Virus record (IMG/VR): IMGVR_UViG_3300034103_001442
Coordinates: 32,001 to 96,000 of that record
DNA: 64,000 nt
Direction: 5' to 3' (one strand)
Origin: a virus
Numbering within the stretch: the stretch's first letter is position 1; each line of letters begins with the position of its first letter. Under the pieces are notes generated by a model. The model worked only from the letters and a program-made list of their open reading frames with translations. It ran no database searches and was not told where the DNA came from. The position numbers and the translations under genes were made by a program. Of this stretch, positions 35,362 to 44,691 are shown one piece after another.

Positions 35362-37658
35362 ATTTTACAACTGTCGCACTCCGAATCAGACAGTTCGCCT
35401 TTAGCAATTTCAGGAAGTGATTTGATTTCCATTTCACCAGAACCATCGTAAGTGTTAAAATAATATAACTGCTTACCACCATACTTATAAAACATAAGCA
35501 CATGCTTAATCATTTCTGACATAGGTATTTTTTCTTCTTCATAATAACGTGGGTTGTATGAAGTGTTGACGGAAATACCTTGGTCAATAAACTTTTGAAG
35601 CACTGCGCAAATCTTTAAGTAGCCCTCTGGTGACTGTTGATCCCAAAGTAGTTCATACTTGTTCTTCAGTCTGCCAATCGCTGGGACAACCTGCTTCAGC
35701 ACTCCATCCTTTGATTGCTTGACGGATACAAGACTGCGTGGTGGCTCAATTCCATTTGTTGAGTTTGAGATTTGAGCGGATGTTTCAGCAGGCATCAAAG
35801 CCATCAGTGTTGAGTTGCGGATACCTGTAGCCTTGAGTTTGGCGCGGAGACTATCCCAGTCCATTTCATACTTTGGCTCAACGAGTTCATCAACATCCTT
35901 TTTGTAGGTGTCAATTGGTAAAATACCATGGCAATATTTTGAACTGCGGCTTGCTGGGATTTTACCACCCTCTTCAGCCAAATCAGCAGACGCCTTGATC
36001 AAATAATATGACCAAGCCTCGGCATACTGATGAACAAGTTTCAAGTCAGGGTCGCTGTAGTTGGTGTTATTTTTCGCAAGCCAATAGGCAAAGTTGATAA
36101 TACCAACACCAAGTGGTCTACGGTTCATAGTACCAATCATTGCGGCGACAACTGGGTAACTTTGATAGTCAAGCAGAGCATCAAGTGCTCTTACGGCGAG
36201 GGCGCAAGGCAACTCAAAGTCCTCTGGCTTCTTAATCTTACCCCAATTGATTGCAGCAAGTGTACAAAGACTGATCTCACCTTCATCATCATGAATACTA
36301 TTCAGTGGCATTGTTGGGAGATTAATCTCACAGCAAAGGTTGCTCATGCGGATAGGCGCCAAGTGTGGTAAAAACGAGCCATGATCATTGGCATGGTCAA
36401 CGTTCATCAAGTAAATTCGACCAGTGTCCTTTCGCTCTTGAATGAATGTTGAAAACAAATCAATTGCTGGAACACTCTTTTTGCGAATTTTAGTATTGCG
36501 CTCAGCCTTCTCATATAGTTCACGGAACTTTTCATTATCAACAAAGAAAGCATCATACAAGTCTGGAACATCTGCTGGGCTGAACAGGGTGATATTACCG
36601 CCCTGTAGCAAACGCTCATACATGACTTTGTTAAACTGTACACCGTAGTCCAAATGACGGACACGGTTGTCCTCAGTACCCTTGTTGTTTTTGAGGACTA
36701 AAAGATCTTCTACTTCGTAGTGCCAAATTGGGTAGTAGAGCGTCGCAGCCCCACCACGGACGCCACCTTGCGAACAACTTTTAACAGCAGATTGAAAATA
36801 CTTGATAAAAGGCACGATACCAGTATGACTAGCATCGCCGTTGCGAATACGGGACCCAAGAGCGCGAATACGCCCAGCACCAATGCCAATGCCAGCCTTT
36901 TGTGATACGTATTTGACAATTGATGAGGCTGTCGCATTTATGCTATCCAGCGAATCATCCGTCTCAATGAGAACGCATGAGGAAAATTGACGTTGAGGAG
37001 AGCGTACTCCTGCCATAATTGGAGTAGGCAAATTAATATAAAAACTACTAATGGCGTCATAGAGTTCTTTCACCCATTGTAAACGTGTCTTTTGTTTTCC
37101 CCAAACTGGATACCTACTGAACAAAGTCATCGCAATAAGCATATATGCCATTTGCGGTGTCTCATAAATTTCACCAGTGACACGATTTTTAATCAGGTAC
37201 TTACCACGGAACTGTTCCATGGCAGCATAGGTTAAATCATTATCGCGAGTGTGATCAATATAGGAATTCAGTAAATCAAACTCTTCCTTTTTATATAGTT
37301 CTAGAATTTCTTTATCATAATATCCAAGACCAACTACACGCTTTACATGGTTGTACAAATGCGGTGGGTCAAACGTTCCATAGACTTCTTTACGCAAATG
37401 ATAGTTAATCAAACGACCAGCAACATACTGATAGTTTGGTGTTTCTTCAGAAATGAGATCAGCCGCAGCCTTGATCAGCGTTTCCTGAATGTCAGCAGTT
37501 TTGATTTGGTTGTAAAACTGAATCTGAGTTTTAATCTCAAGATCAGAAACGGACACCCCACTCAAACCATCACAAGCATATGAAGCGACACGGTGAAATT
37601 TATTAATATCCAAAAGTTCCTTCTCACCATCTCTTTTTGTTACATATACTGGTGTCAT
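35358..37658 (-). CDS. nrdA: Ribonucleotide reductase class Ia alpha subunit with ATP cone
   Basis: VTKRDG, PTPIMAG.R, FSSCVL, SCSQGGVRGG, SNLCCEI, CTL.A.N, ALMPAETS.QISNSTNGIEPPR, CDSCKI; uninterrupted. Confidence 0.98.
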   Translation of the reverse strand: MTPVYVTKRDGEKELLDINKFHRVASYACDGLSGVSVSDLEIKTQIQFYNQIKTADIQETLIKAAADLISEETPNYQYVAGRLINYHLRKEVYGTFDPPHLYNHVKRVVGLGYYDKEILELYKKEEFDLLNSYIDHTRDNDLTYAAMEQFRGKYLIKNRVTGEIYETPQMAYMLIAMTLFSRYPVWGKQKTRLQWVKELYDAISSFYINLPTPIMAGVRSPQRQFSSCVLIETDDSLDSINATASSIVKYVSQKAGIGIGAGRIRALGSRIRNGDASHTGIVPFIKYFQSAVKSCSQGGVRGGAATLYYPIWHYEVEDLLVLKNNKGTEDNRVRHLDYGVQFNKVMYERLLQGGNITLFSPADVPDLYDAFFVDNEKFRELYEKAERNTKIRKKSVPAIDLFSTFIQERKDTGRIYLMNVDHANDHGSFLPHLAPIRMSNLCCEINLPTMPLNSIHDDEGEISLCTLAAINWGKIKKPEDFELPCALAVRALDALLDYQSYPVVAAMIGTMNRRPLGVGIINFAYWLAKNNTNYSDPDLKLVHQYAEAWSYYLIKASADLAEEGGKIPASRSSKYCHGILPIDTYKKDVDELVEPKYEMDWDSLRAKLKATGIRNSTLMALMPAETSAQISNSTNGIEPPRSLVSVKQSKDGVLKQVVPAIGRLKNKYELLWDQQSPEGYLKICAVLQKFIDQGISVNTSYNPRYYEEEKIPMSEMIKHVLMFYKYGGKQLYYFNTYDGSGEMEIKSLPEIAKGELSDSECDSCKI

Positions 37659-37837
37659 TCGTTTGTCCTCTTTAGTGTAAATGTACCATCCTTGTTATCA
37701 ACCCACTCTAACGGAGTGGATTCATCCCATTTCAAATGGGTTAGGATCTCTTGGGGAATGTCTATATATAATTCCCCGTCAACCCTTTCCTTGACTTCGG
37801 TTTGATAAATTTTACCCTGCGACTGCTTCTGCGACAC
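37655..37837 (-). CDS. AbrB/MazE-like small DNA-binding protein
   Basis: GELYI.IP.EI...L.W.E...LEW; GTG start at 37837 with AAGGAG SD. Confidence 0.65.
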   Translation of the reverse strand: MSQKQSQGKIYQTEVKERVDGELYIDIPQEILTHLKWDESTPLEWVDNKDGTFTLKRTNE

Positions 37838-38477
37838 TTGGAAACTCCTTGGCGATAATGCCCCAGCACATTTTTGCAATGTCTGAATGTTCAAGTTGTG
37901 TTCCATTTGCCATCCTCAACTGGCAGTAGTGAACCCAGGAGCGTAGTGTGCCCGACATGTATAATGTTGTTTCGGTCAAACCCTCTGGCAGCACTGCTCT
38001 GGCTTGCTCTTTGGCAATACCCTTACCCAATGCCCACTGATACAAATGATCTGCTTCAGAAATAAGTTGTTCCTGTTTCATTTCCCACTCATTCCAAAGT
38101 TTTACATGTTCATCATTATGCATGTCGAGTTGAACGCTGTTTTGGCGATTTTTCGTATCTTGTAAACGAGCCTCGCGAGTCAAAAATGACTCTGATACAG
38201 CATAGCGTTGACTAAATTCCTGAAACGAAAATGAGCGGTGGCGGAGGACTTGTCTAGAAATATCACGTGTGGTTTTAATTTCCATAACAACATGAACCAT
38301 TTCAAGCGGAGACCAATGCTCATTCTTAATCAAATACTTTACCAACTTACCTGCGGTTTCCGCATTATTTTGATTTGCTGGGTTTGATACACGCGCAGCA
38401 TATGCAACCAATTCATTAGCGGTTTCACAATCGCAATTAACTGGTTTGGTAATTCCTATTAGGCGAACTGAACTCAT
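37812..38477 (-). CDS. thyX: Flavin-dependent thymidylate synthase
   Basis: ARVSNP.NQ, HWSPLE, RHRSFSFQEFSQRY, AKEQARAVLP, G.LRSW.HY, TQ.EH. Confidence 0.96.
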   Translation of the reverse strand: MSSVRLIGITKPVNCDCETANELVAYAARVSNPANQNNAETAGKLVKYLIKNEHWSPLEMVHVVMEIKTTRDISRQVLRHRSFSFQEFSQRYAVSESFLTREARLQDTKNRQNSVQLDMHNDEHVKLWNEWEMKQEQLISEADHLYQWALGKGIAKEQARAVLPEGLTETTLYMSGTLRSWVHYCQLRMANGTQLEHSDIAKMCWGIIAKEFPSVAEAVAG

Positions 38478-38671
38478 TGAACGTCTCCAATTATTGAATT
38501 TATTTTACGCATAACTTCTTGTTCAGACCTACAGTCCGAGAAAAGTTGTTTTGCTATTTGAACTTTGTTTATATTTTTGGTAAACACGCCACGCTCAATC
38601 ATAACTTGAACGCAATCACGCATAGCCATTGACGTCCCAGTGCTGTCGATCGTGTTTGACCAAATCTTCAT
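38474..38671 (-). CDS. Hypothetical protein
   Basis: Coupled 65-aa ORF. Confidence 0.55.
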   Translation of the reverse strand: MKIWSNTIDSTGTSMAMRDCVQVMIERGVFTKNINKVQIAKQLFSDCRSEQEVMRKINSIIGDVQ

Positions 38672-38886
38672 TAAATCTTTCCGTTTTTGAAACCGTAGAA
38701 TTCAGAAACTTTTTTCAGGGCTTGATAGTATTTAAGCATTTCATTATCGCCCCTTCTGAATTTCTTTTGGCTCATACTACTAATTTGATCGCCAACTATT
38801 CGAATGTCTTTGGCTAAAAGACTCTCCAAAAAATCCATTTCATTATATGCTGAATTGATTTTCTTTTTCACTGGCAACGCCTCCAT
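38671..38886 (-). CDS. Hypothetical protein
   Basis: Coupled 71-aa ORF. Confidence 0.55.
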   Translation of the reverse strand: MEALPVKKKINSAYNEMDFLESLLAKDIRIVGDQISSMSQKKFRRGDNEMLKYYQALKKVSEFYGFKNGKI

Positions 38887-39896
38887 ACAGAATGATACAG
38901 TTTAGCCTCAGCACCGCTGAAAGTGTTTTCATCAATGATAGTTTTGACCTGCTCAGGGGTCATACCCGCAAGCACCATGTCATTAATATCCTTTTGCTCG
39001 ATTTTTGTATCCCAAATACAGACTTTGTAGCCAGCCTCAATGCACTTGGCTATCTTTTTAACAGTATCAGAATTTCTAGGTTCGTTATCGTATACAACTA
39101 CTATACGCTCTTTGGGAAATGAAGTCAACTGTAATTCAGTTAAAATATCTCCACCAGCGGTAGCAATTGCATTAGGAAGGAACGTTGAGTCAATTGGTCC
39201 TTCAGTGACATAGATGGTTTTGCCATCATTAACGGAGTCAAGCCCAAATATGCGTGGCTTGTTTTCGTCAAGCATGATGGTGATATAGCGGAGACTTCCC
39301 GCATGAGGATTGAACGACCTGCCTTGGAATCCGAACAAATTCTTATCCTTATCCAAAAATGGTATAACAAGTCGCGGTTCTTCTGGTGCTTTCTCATTCA
39401 ACTTATCAGGGATCATTGAATTGACCCACTGTTTGAACTTCGGCGCGTAGAACAGTTTATAATGAACTGATGGGGGTATTTTTCTGTTATCTATATATTT
39501 CTTGACTGGATGGTCGTATGCCAACTGTGAAACTTTTTTTAATTCACCAAGTGAGGTATCCTTAATGAACTTCGGTTTCTCCATTTTCTTTACAAACTCA
39601 GTGAGATCCGAGTTTTGGGTTTTGTTCTCAGCCATTTTCTCCTTGACAAACTCGTAGTAAAGAGTTTCATCAAGACTCTTAATGAAGAATGGCAACCCCA
39701 TCGAGGCTCCACAGTTGTGACAGTGAAACCGCAATGCATTTTTCTTTACGTAGATGTACCCACGAGTTTTGGATTTGTTGGCTTGTGAATCGCCACAAAT
39801 GGGACAACGGAATCGGTAGGTGTTATTGTTTACGCGAACGAACTTATCAAGACGTGGTGAGATGTACCCGACGTACTTATGCTCAAGCCATAACAT
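38868..39896 (-). CDS. gp61: DNA primase gp61
   Basis: FRCPICGDS, CHNCG, RLVIPF, GFQGRS, VTEGPIDS.F, YDNEPRN, KDINDM. Confidence 0.96.
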   Translation of the reverse strand: MLWLEHKYVGYISPRLDKFVRVNNNTYRFRCPICGDSQANKSKTRGYIYVKKNALRFHCHNCGASMGLPFFIKSLDETLYYEFVKEKMAENKTQNSDLTEFVKKMEKPKFIKDTSLGELKKVSQLAYDHPVKKYIDNRKIPPSVHYKLFYAPKFKQWVNSMIPDKLNEKAPEEPRLVIPFLDKDKNLFGFQGRSFNPHAGSLRYITIMLDENKPRIFGLDSVNDGKTIYVTEGPIDSTFLPNAIATAGGDILTELQLTSFPKERIVVVYDNEPRNSDTVKKIAKCIEAGYKVCIWDTKIEQKDINDMVLAGMTPEQVKTIIDENTFSGAEAKLYHSVWRRCQ

Positions 39897-39962
39897 AGAT
39901 ATTCCTGTGTATGATTAGGACAACAGTACCATTATACTGGTCCCCAGGAAATAAAAAAAGTG

Positions 39963-40304
39963 TTATTTCAATTCAAATGAAATTAATTTTGACACCAGCC
40001 AACCAACTACGGCTGCGCCACCAACAACAAACCATCTCCAAGTGTTGAGGTCTTCAATTTTCTTTTGTTGGGCTTCATGCTGTTTCTGCGCTTCATCCCT
40101 CATCAGTTTCATTTCTTGAACGAGATCAGTGCGCAACTCATCCATCATCGCTTGAATTTCTTTTTTGTCTTCAATTGTACGCTGGTCGAGTTTTTCGAGC
40201 GTTTTATCGAATTTCTCATATATGACACTAAAGAAACTGACTTTTTCTTTCATCGCAGCAACTTCAGTTTCCATTTTGCTGAGACGTGATTCAAAGTCTA
40301 TCAT
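39963..40304 (-). CDS. Coiled-coil protein with C-terminal TM helix (lysis region)
   Basis: Heptad pattern, then WRWFVVGGAAVVGWL. Confidence 0.7.
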   Translation of the reverse strand: MIDFESRLSKMETEVAAMKEKVSFFSVIYEKFDKTLEKLDQRTIEDKKEIQAMMDELRTDLVQEMKLMRDEAQKQHEAQQKKIEDLNTWRWFVVGGAAVVGWLVSKLISFELK

Positions 40305-40528
40305 TTTTTCGCAAACTTCTCCGCGCCACTTATACCAACCCCAGCAATCACAATGTAGGTCATAGCATCAAACATAAATGGATCGATTTTATAACCAAAG
40401 AACAAATTTGCCACAAATGCAATTGCTAGAAGTAGAAGTGCGATAAAAGTCACCCACCTCTTTGAAGATGGGTGACCGTCGCTGTCCTGCATTATCTCAA
40501 CAAAATAGTTTTTTAATCTTGCTAGCAT
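40301..40528 (-). CDS. Two-TM membrane protein (holin-like)
   Basis: SSKR followed by two hydrophobic helices and a basic C-terminus. Confidence 0.6.
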   Translation of the reverse strand: MLARLKNYFVEIMQDSDGHPSSKRWVTFIALLLLAIAFVANLFFGYKIDPFMFDAMTYIVIAGVGISGAEKFAKK

Positions 40529-40571
40529 GATCGCTCCTTTGTATCAAAAAGATCATGCTATATGATTTTAA

Positions 40572-40967
40572 TTATTTTTGTTGGTTTGGGTCTGCGTTGA
40601 ATGGGTCTTGCGGAGACGCTGTTTCAACCGCTGGAGTTTCTGCCACTGCTGGTGCTGCTGCAGGAACTTCAGGAGGTGGTTCCGTTGGGACATAAACTGT
40701 ATCTGGTTCTGCTGGTTTTTCATCAGGCTTTTCCTGTTTACCGAGCATAATACCCGATAGGATACCTGTTAAAAACGTAGCAATTGGAGTGATCAACTCA
40801 AAGAATTTTGCATCATTTGGTGACTGTTCCATTGGCTGTGTTACAAAAATCAGTGAGTATAATACAACAAACACGATTCCTGTAAGAGTAAAAGCCAGGG
40901 AAAGTCCAACAATGAACTTCAAACGAGCCATCAATTCTGTATCAGTGTATCTTGGACCATTAAACAT
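40572..40967 (-). CDS. Two-TM membrane protein with Pro/Ala-rich tail
   Basis: VLYSLIFVTQPM.QSPND..FF.LI.PIATFLTG.LSGIM. Confidence 0.7.
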   Translation of the reverse strand: MFNGPRYTDTELMARLKFIVGLSLAFTLTGIVFVVLYSLIFVTQPMEQSPNDAKFFELITPIATFLTGILSGIMLGKQEKPDEKPAEPDTVYVPTEPPPEVPAAAPAVAETPAVETASPQDPFNADPNQQK

Positions 40968-41239
40968 TATTCAACTCCTTCACTTGTTGGTGCTGGCGCT
41001 GGGCAAGGTTCTACAGCGGTAGGTGCTGCTTCTTCAGCGGCTGGTGTATTACCGCTATGAGCGGCATCCCAAGCCTGTTGACCTACCAAATTTTCAGAAC
41101 ACTCGCCTGTTGCAACGCATGCAGGCTTTTTGCACTCTTCATTATTCCAATTAGCGGGATCCTGGCAAGGATAGCGGTAATTGGCTTCACACCCAACTAG
41201 GGTGATGACAAACAATAATGAAAGTAGTGCAGCCCTCAT
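40967..41239 (-). CDS. Lipoprotein
   Basis: Lipobox LVGC; YRYPCQDP.NW...EC..P.C...G.C. Confidence 0.75.
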   Translation of the reverse strand: MRAALLSLLFVITLVGCEANYRYPCQDPANWNNEECKKPACVATGECSENLVGQQAWDAAHSGNTPAAEEAAPTAVEPCPAPAPTSEGVE

Positions 41240-41493
41240 TTCGCCTTTTTGGCTCGTGGCTTGCTAACTTTTTTGGCAACCTTTTCACCAGCTGCCTTTA
41301 CGTCTGCAAGATTCACCTTGCCATCCTTATTGACATCAAGGGTGTTTGCTACAGTCTTTGCTACTTCTGTAGCAGCAACTTTAACATCTTGATGATCAAC
41401 CTTTCCGTCTTCATTTGCATCTGGCTTGTTAAAAAGTTTCCAAACAATCCAAACTGCAACTGCGATCAATAATAGAACAATTAATGTACCCAT
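41236..41493 (-). CDS. Membrane-anchored protein with two EF-hand-like loops
   Basis: N-terminal TM; DANEDGKVDHQD and DVNKDGKVNLAD. Confidence 0.7.
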   Translation of the reverse strand: MGTLIVLLLIAVAVWIVWKLFNKPDANEDGKVDHQDVKVAATEVAKTVANTLDVNKDGKVNLADVKAAGEKVAKKVSKPRAKKAK

Positions 41494-41502
41494 GTTAAAC
41501 TC

Positions 41503-41754
41503 CTATTTTCTCAAACTTGATGAAACTAATCTACGTGCTGTTGATGTAGCCAGTGGCTGGTCGCTAGCACTCAATAAACTCAACGCAGCAATCAACATTA
41601 AAATGCCACGCACATCGCCTTTATCTGATGTCTTGTATCTATTTAGCGAGTTGGCAATCATGGACAAAAGAGAAAGTCTAGTGGCATCTGAACTACCACT
41701 AGACTTCTCATCGTCTTTTTCTTCTTGCTCTACAAATGTAGAAAACTTTTTCAT
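41503..41754 (-). CDS. Hypothetical protein with capsid-targeting-like N-terminus
   Basis: MKKFSTFVEQEE. Confidence 0.6.
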   Translation of the reverse strand: MKKFSTFVEQEEKDDEKSSGSSDATRLSLLSMIANSLNRYKTSDKGDVRGILMLIAALSLLSASDQPLATSTARRLVSSSLRK

Positions 41755-41781
41755 TTGTTTACTCGCTGTTTACTTTATTTA

Positions 41782-41967
41782 TTATTGCGGAACCGCAGGG
41801 GTTGGTTCTGCTGGTTTTGGTGGAGGTGTTATGGTCTTCAAGTCTTTTGGCGGAACCATCAACTCCTCTGGTAATTCGATTTTATCAAGTTTCGGTAACA
41901 AACGTGTTAGTGGGGTTCCACAACCTGTCAGTAACAAACTCATACAAATGACTAGAAGGTATTTCAT
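41782..41967 (-). CDS. Putative o-spanin (Rz1-like lipoprotein)
   Basis: Lipobox LLTGC, Pro-rich; overlaps the end of the i-spanin candidate. Confidence 0.7.
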   Translation of the reverse strand: MKYLLVICMSLLLTGCGTPLTRLLPKLDKIELPEELMVPPKDLKTITPPPKPAEPTPAVPQ

Positions 41968-42527
41968 CAGCCCTCCTTTTTCTTCCATGGCATGTTTGGC
42001 ATATCAGGAAGTTTGATATCAATGCCACGTTTCTTATTTTCTTCATCAATCTTTTTGTTCACTTCAAGTAGATATTTCTGAAGTGATACCAACTGCTGAC
42101 TGTTTTGTAAGCAGATGGAGTAATTCTCAACAACTGTTTGTAGGGCTACGTTGTCTTTAACAAATGAACTGCTACCATCAGCAGCAAGATTTAGATCGAG
42201 ATCAATCGCTGGAGAAGCGCCAGCATTGTGGGCGTGTATCCAACCATTCGATAGGTCATACTGACCAGGAACTTTTTCAGACGCAGCCTCAACGATTTTA
42301 GTTTCTTTTTCTTTGATCTTTGTGATTCTGTCAACATACTCCACCTTGACAACTTCGCGGATCATAGCCTGTTCTTTTTTCAAGGCAATGGATAGTTCCT
42401 CAGCCTCATTTGCAGCACGTTGTATTTCAACTTCGCCTTGAGCAATACCTTTTTTATATCCAGCACCAAATGCGCCGCCAACAATCAATACAACTGCTAG
42501 AATTTTATATGGAAGTGGTATAAGCAT
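41967..42527 (-). CDS. Putative i-spanin (Rz-like)
   Basis: N-terminal TM, coiled coil, V.ENY..C......L..LQ. Confidence 0.7.
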   Translation of the reverse strand: MLIPLPYKILAVVLIVGGAFGAGYKKGIAQGEVEIQRAANEAEELSIALKKEQAMIREVVKVEYVDRITKIKEKETKIVEAASEKVPGQYDLSNGWIHAHNAGASPAIDLDLNLAADGSSSFVKDNVALQTVVENYSICLQNSQQLVSLQKYLLEVNKKIDEENKKRGIDIKLPDMPNMPWKKKEG

Positions 42528-42531
42528 AACA

Positions 42532-42708
42532 TTATCCTGGCAACCTTCTCTTCAACAATTTGAGAAGCATGTTTTGTTTTTCATTGTGACGTTTATATTT
42601 GGCATGCGCTTTTGCTGAAACTGGTGGATCACCTTGAGTCCCCGCAATATTGCCACCACCTGAAGTGTTTACAGGTGCTTCTTCTCTAAATGACTTAAAA
42701 TCTTTCAT
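42532..42708 (-). CDS. Small protein with capsid-targeting-like N-terminus, absent from the ORF track
   Basis: Own translation: MKDFKSFREEAPVNTSGGGNIAGTQGDPPVSAKAHAKYKRHNEKQNMLLKLLKRRLPG*. Confidence 0.65.
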   Translation of the reverse strand: MKDFKSFREEAPVNTSGGGNIAGTQGDPPVSAKAHAKYKRHNEKQNMLLKLLKRRLPG

Positions 42709-43103
42709 CAGATTTTCCCTAATATTTTTACAATATTCTCATCTGACTCGATGTCAGAACTACGGACCGTTTTGTTTTCAATTCCAATTCCATGCATTAC
42801 ATCAGGCATTTGATTTAGGAGAATAAGAAATGGTTTCAAATACCTGTAATACCCATCCAATTTAAAAAACAATAACTTCGTGGTTGCTGGACCAAACATA
42901 TTATACAGAACGATCAAGTGATTCAGTATCAACCGCTCTTTCAACTCACCTGACTCTTCATAACGATTGAACAAACGTTTCAAATACTTAAAACGGTTCA
43001 AGTCATCGTAAAATTCAAGTGTGTCATAGTACTGCGGATTATCATAATGTTTCGCAGCATATAACAAAAAATTGGTATCGTCAACTTTATCAAAATTCAT
43101 CAC
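42708..43103 (-). CDS. Conserved T4-like hypothetical protein
   Basis: NFLLYA.KHYDNP, EF.DDL.RFKY.KRL, ERLILNH.I.LYN.FG. Confidence 0.85.
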   Translation of the reverse strand: MMNFDKVDDTNFLLYAAKHYDNPQYYDTLEFYDDLNRFKYLKRLFNRYEESGELKERLILNHLIVLYNMFGPATTKLLFFKLDGYYRYLKPFLILLNQMPDVMHGIGIENKTVRSSDIESDENIVKILGKI

Positions 43104-43339
43104 GCAAGTCTAACTTTCACATCCCCTGCACCAGTGTAATACAAATGACCGACGGCAACACCGCCAGTGTTTGCTGCTGAGTCATTAGCATATGGACCAC
43201 GAACAACTGCTCCACGCAAAGTTGTTAATGTTACCTTTTTAGTTGTGTTTACAGATACATCTGAAACGATAAAAAGGTCTGACCCATCTAATGATGTCAG
43301 TGCAGTAAACTCTGCGAATTTTTTTGCTCTGTCAGACAT
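43100..43339 (-). CDS. Small virion-type protein
   Basis: T.K.TL, YAND.AA..GGV.VG.LY. Confidence 0.65.
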   Translation of the reverse strand: MSDRAKKFAEFTALTSLDGSDLFIVSDVSVNTTKKVTLTTLRGAVVRGPYANDSAANTGGVAVGHLYYTGAGDVKVRLA

Positions 43340-43759
43340 TTAATTACACCATGATTGTTTTGCATCGCCAAAATATTCGCGAGCAAATCCGTTTTTAATT
43401 AGTTCTGCTCTGAGTGACTTTCCATCAACGATGATATCACCCAAAACTCGACCGCCAAATTTGTCCCACTCTTTAATTTCTACTTGAACCTTTTTACCAG
43501 TTGTAAGTAGATTTTTTGTAAACTCACTTGCAGCCAAACCACGCTTGGCTTCAGACTCACATTTGGCTCTGAAACCTTTTTCAGGTGTATCAACGCCAAA
43601 CACGCGGATCTTTAACTTATCACCAAGTTCTTTTGGTAACCAGTTGACTTGAATCTCAACCGTGTCCCCATCTACAGCCCGTGTCACTTTCCAATCGTGT
43701 GGATTGGCAGCGACCGTGGCTGTGAATGATAGGGCAAGTGCTGCAAACAAAACTTTCAT
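43340..43759 (-). CDS. Thermonuclease (SNase family) with signal peptide
   Basis: MKVLFAALALSFTATVAA signal; VDGDTV, R..GVDTPE, DKFGGRVLG, LI..G.AR.Y. Confidence 0.88.
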   Translation of the reverse strand: MKVLFAALALSFTATVAANPHDWKVTRAVDGDTVEIQVNWLPKELGDKLKIRVFGVDTPEKGFRAKCESEAKRGLAASEFTKNLLTTGKKVQVEIKEWDKFGGRVLGDIIVDGKSLRAELIKNGFAREYFGDAKQSWCN

Positions 43760-43767
43760 TGTTGGTA

Positions 43768-44415
43768 TTAGGTTACCGTCAATGTAGCGTTGTTGGATAC
43801 TGCGTTTGCTGCGCCAGCTGTTGAAACTTGGGCGCGGAGCAGTGTTCCAGTTGCGATCGTGTTTGCATCGACTGTGAGTGTCGCAGTTGTTTGACCGCTG
43901 AAACCTGCAACGGCTGCTGTTGTAGCAAATGTTGCCGTGTTTCCTGGTGACGTTGTGTACTGCCACAAGTAACTGAGTGATGCGCCAGCTGGTGCTGAAG
44001 CAGCAACAACACTGAATGTTGCCTGTTCGTTTGCAGCAGAGTTGGCTGAATCGTTTGCTGGTTGTGATGTGATTGACAACTTGTAGTCTGGAAAACGAAC
44101 ATCTTCAGCGTCACCAGTGATTGTGTTCATTGCAACGAGAACTTCGTTGTGGACACGACCTGCGCGACCGCCAGAACCTACTGTTCTGAGAACCCAGCCT
44201 GAGTGTGCTGATTTTGTGTTCGCGCCAGCACGTGCTGCAACTGCCTCGCCTTCAGCAACACCGAACTGACCGTGTGTGGCACCTGTTACGTATGCGTCTG
44301 CGGTTGTGTTGCCAAAAAGATTGGTTTGGTTAGCAGTGTTTGCTTCCTTATTTAATTGTGACACCGCCCAAAGTACTGAATTTGCAGCGTCGTCTGTATT
44401 GCCCCATTGTGCCAT
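43768..44415 (-). CDS. Virion structural protein with C-terminal Ig-like domain
   Basis: MAQWG..D, HSGWV..T.GSGGRAGRV..E.LVAM; IT.QP, FSV.A, LSY.WQ, LTV. Confidence 0.75.
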   Translation of the reverse strand: MAQWGNTDDAANSVLWAVSQLNKEANTANQTNLFGNTTADAYVTGATHGQFGVAEGEAVAARAGANTKSAHSGWVLRTVGSGGRAGRVHNEVLVAMNTITGDAEDVRFPDYKLSITSQPANDSANSAANEQATFSVVAASAPAGASLSYLWQYTTSPGNTATFATTAAVAGFSGQTTATLTVDANTIATGTLLRAQVSTAGAANAVSNNATLTVT

Positions 44416-44457
44416 TTCTTATTCTCCTAGAAAGGTTGTATCCTTATTTATTTAATA

Positions 44458-44691
44458 TTATTGTTGGTCAGAATTGATCATGTCATCCATATATTGGGAT
44501 GACCTTCTTGTGTTAAGTCTTTTTATCTTTTCTTTTTTCTTTTCTTCTAATGGTAATTCTTGCTGCACCGTTGGACCAACTTTTCTTCTAATCTCTTCAA
44601 AAGAAGGACCACTCCAAGTTTTCACTGAAGTTTTCTTTTCCTCTGGCTTTACAAATTTGCCATCGGTAAAATTGGATGCTTTAATTCCCAT
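44458..44691 (-). CDS. Hypothetical protein
   Basis: 77 aa, coupled to the upstream gene. Confidence 0.6.
   Translation of the reverse strand: MGIKASNFTDGKFVKPEEKKTSVKTWSGPSFEEIRRKVGPTVQQELPLEEKKKEKIKRLNTRRSSQYMDDMINSDQQ

Noticed and set aside
32981-37658. Introns, inteins or homing endonucleases in nrdA/nrdB
   Set aside because: Both genes are uninterrupted and of normal length
43760-43966. N-terminal extension of the thermonuclease ORF
   Set aside because: It overlaps the Ig-domain gene out of frame; the signal peptide starts at ATG 43759
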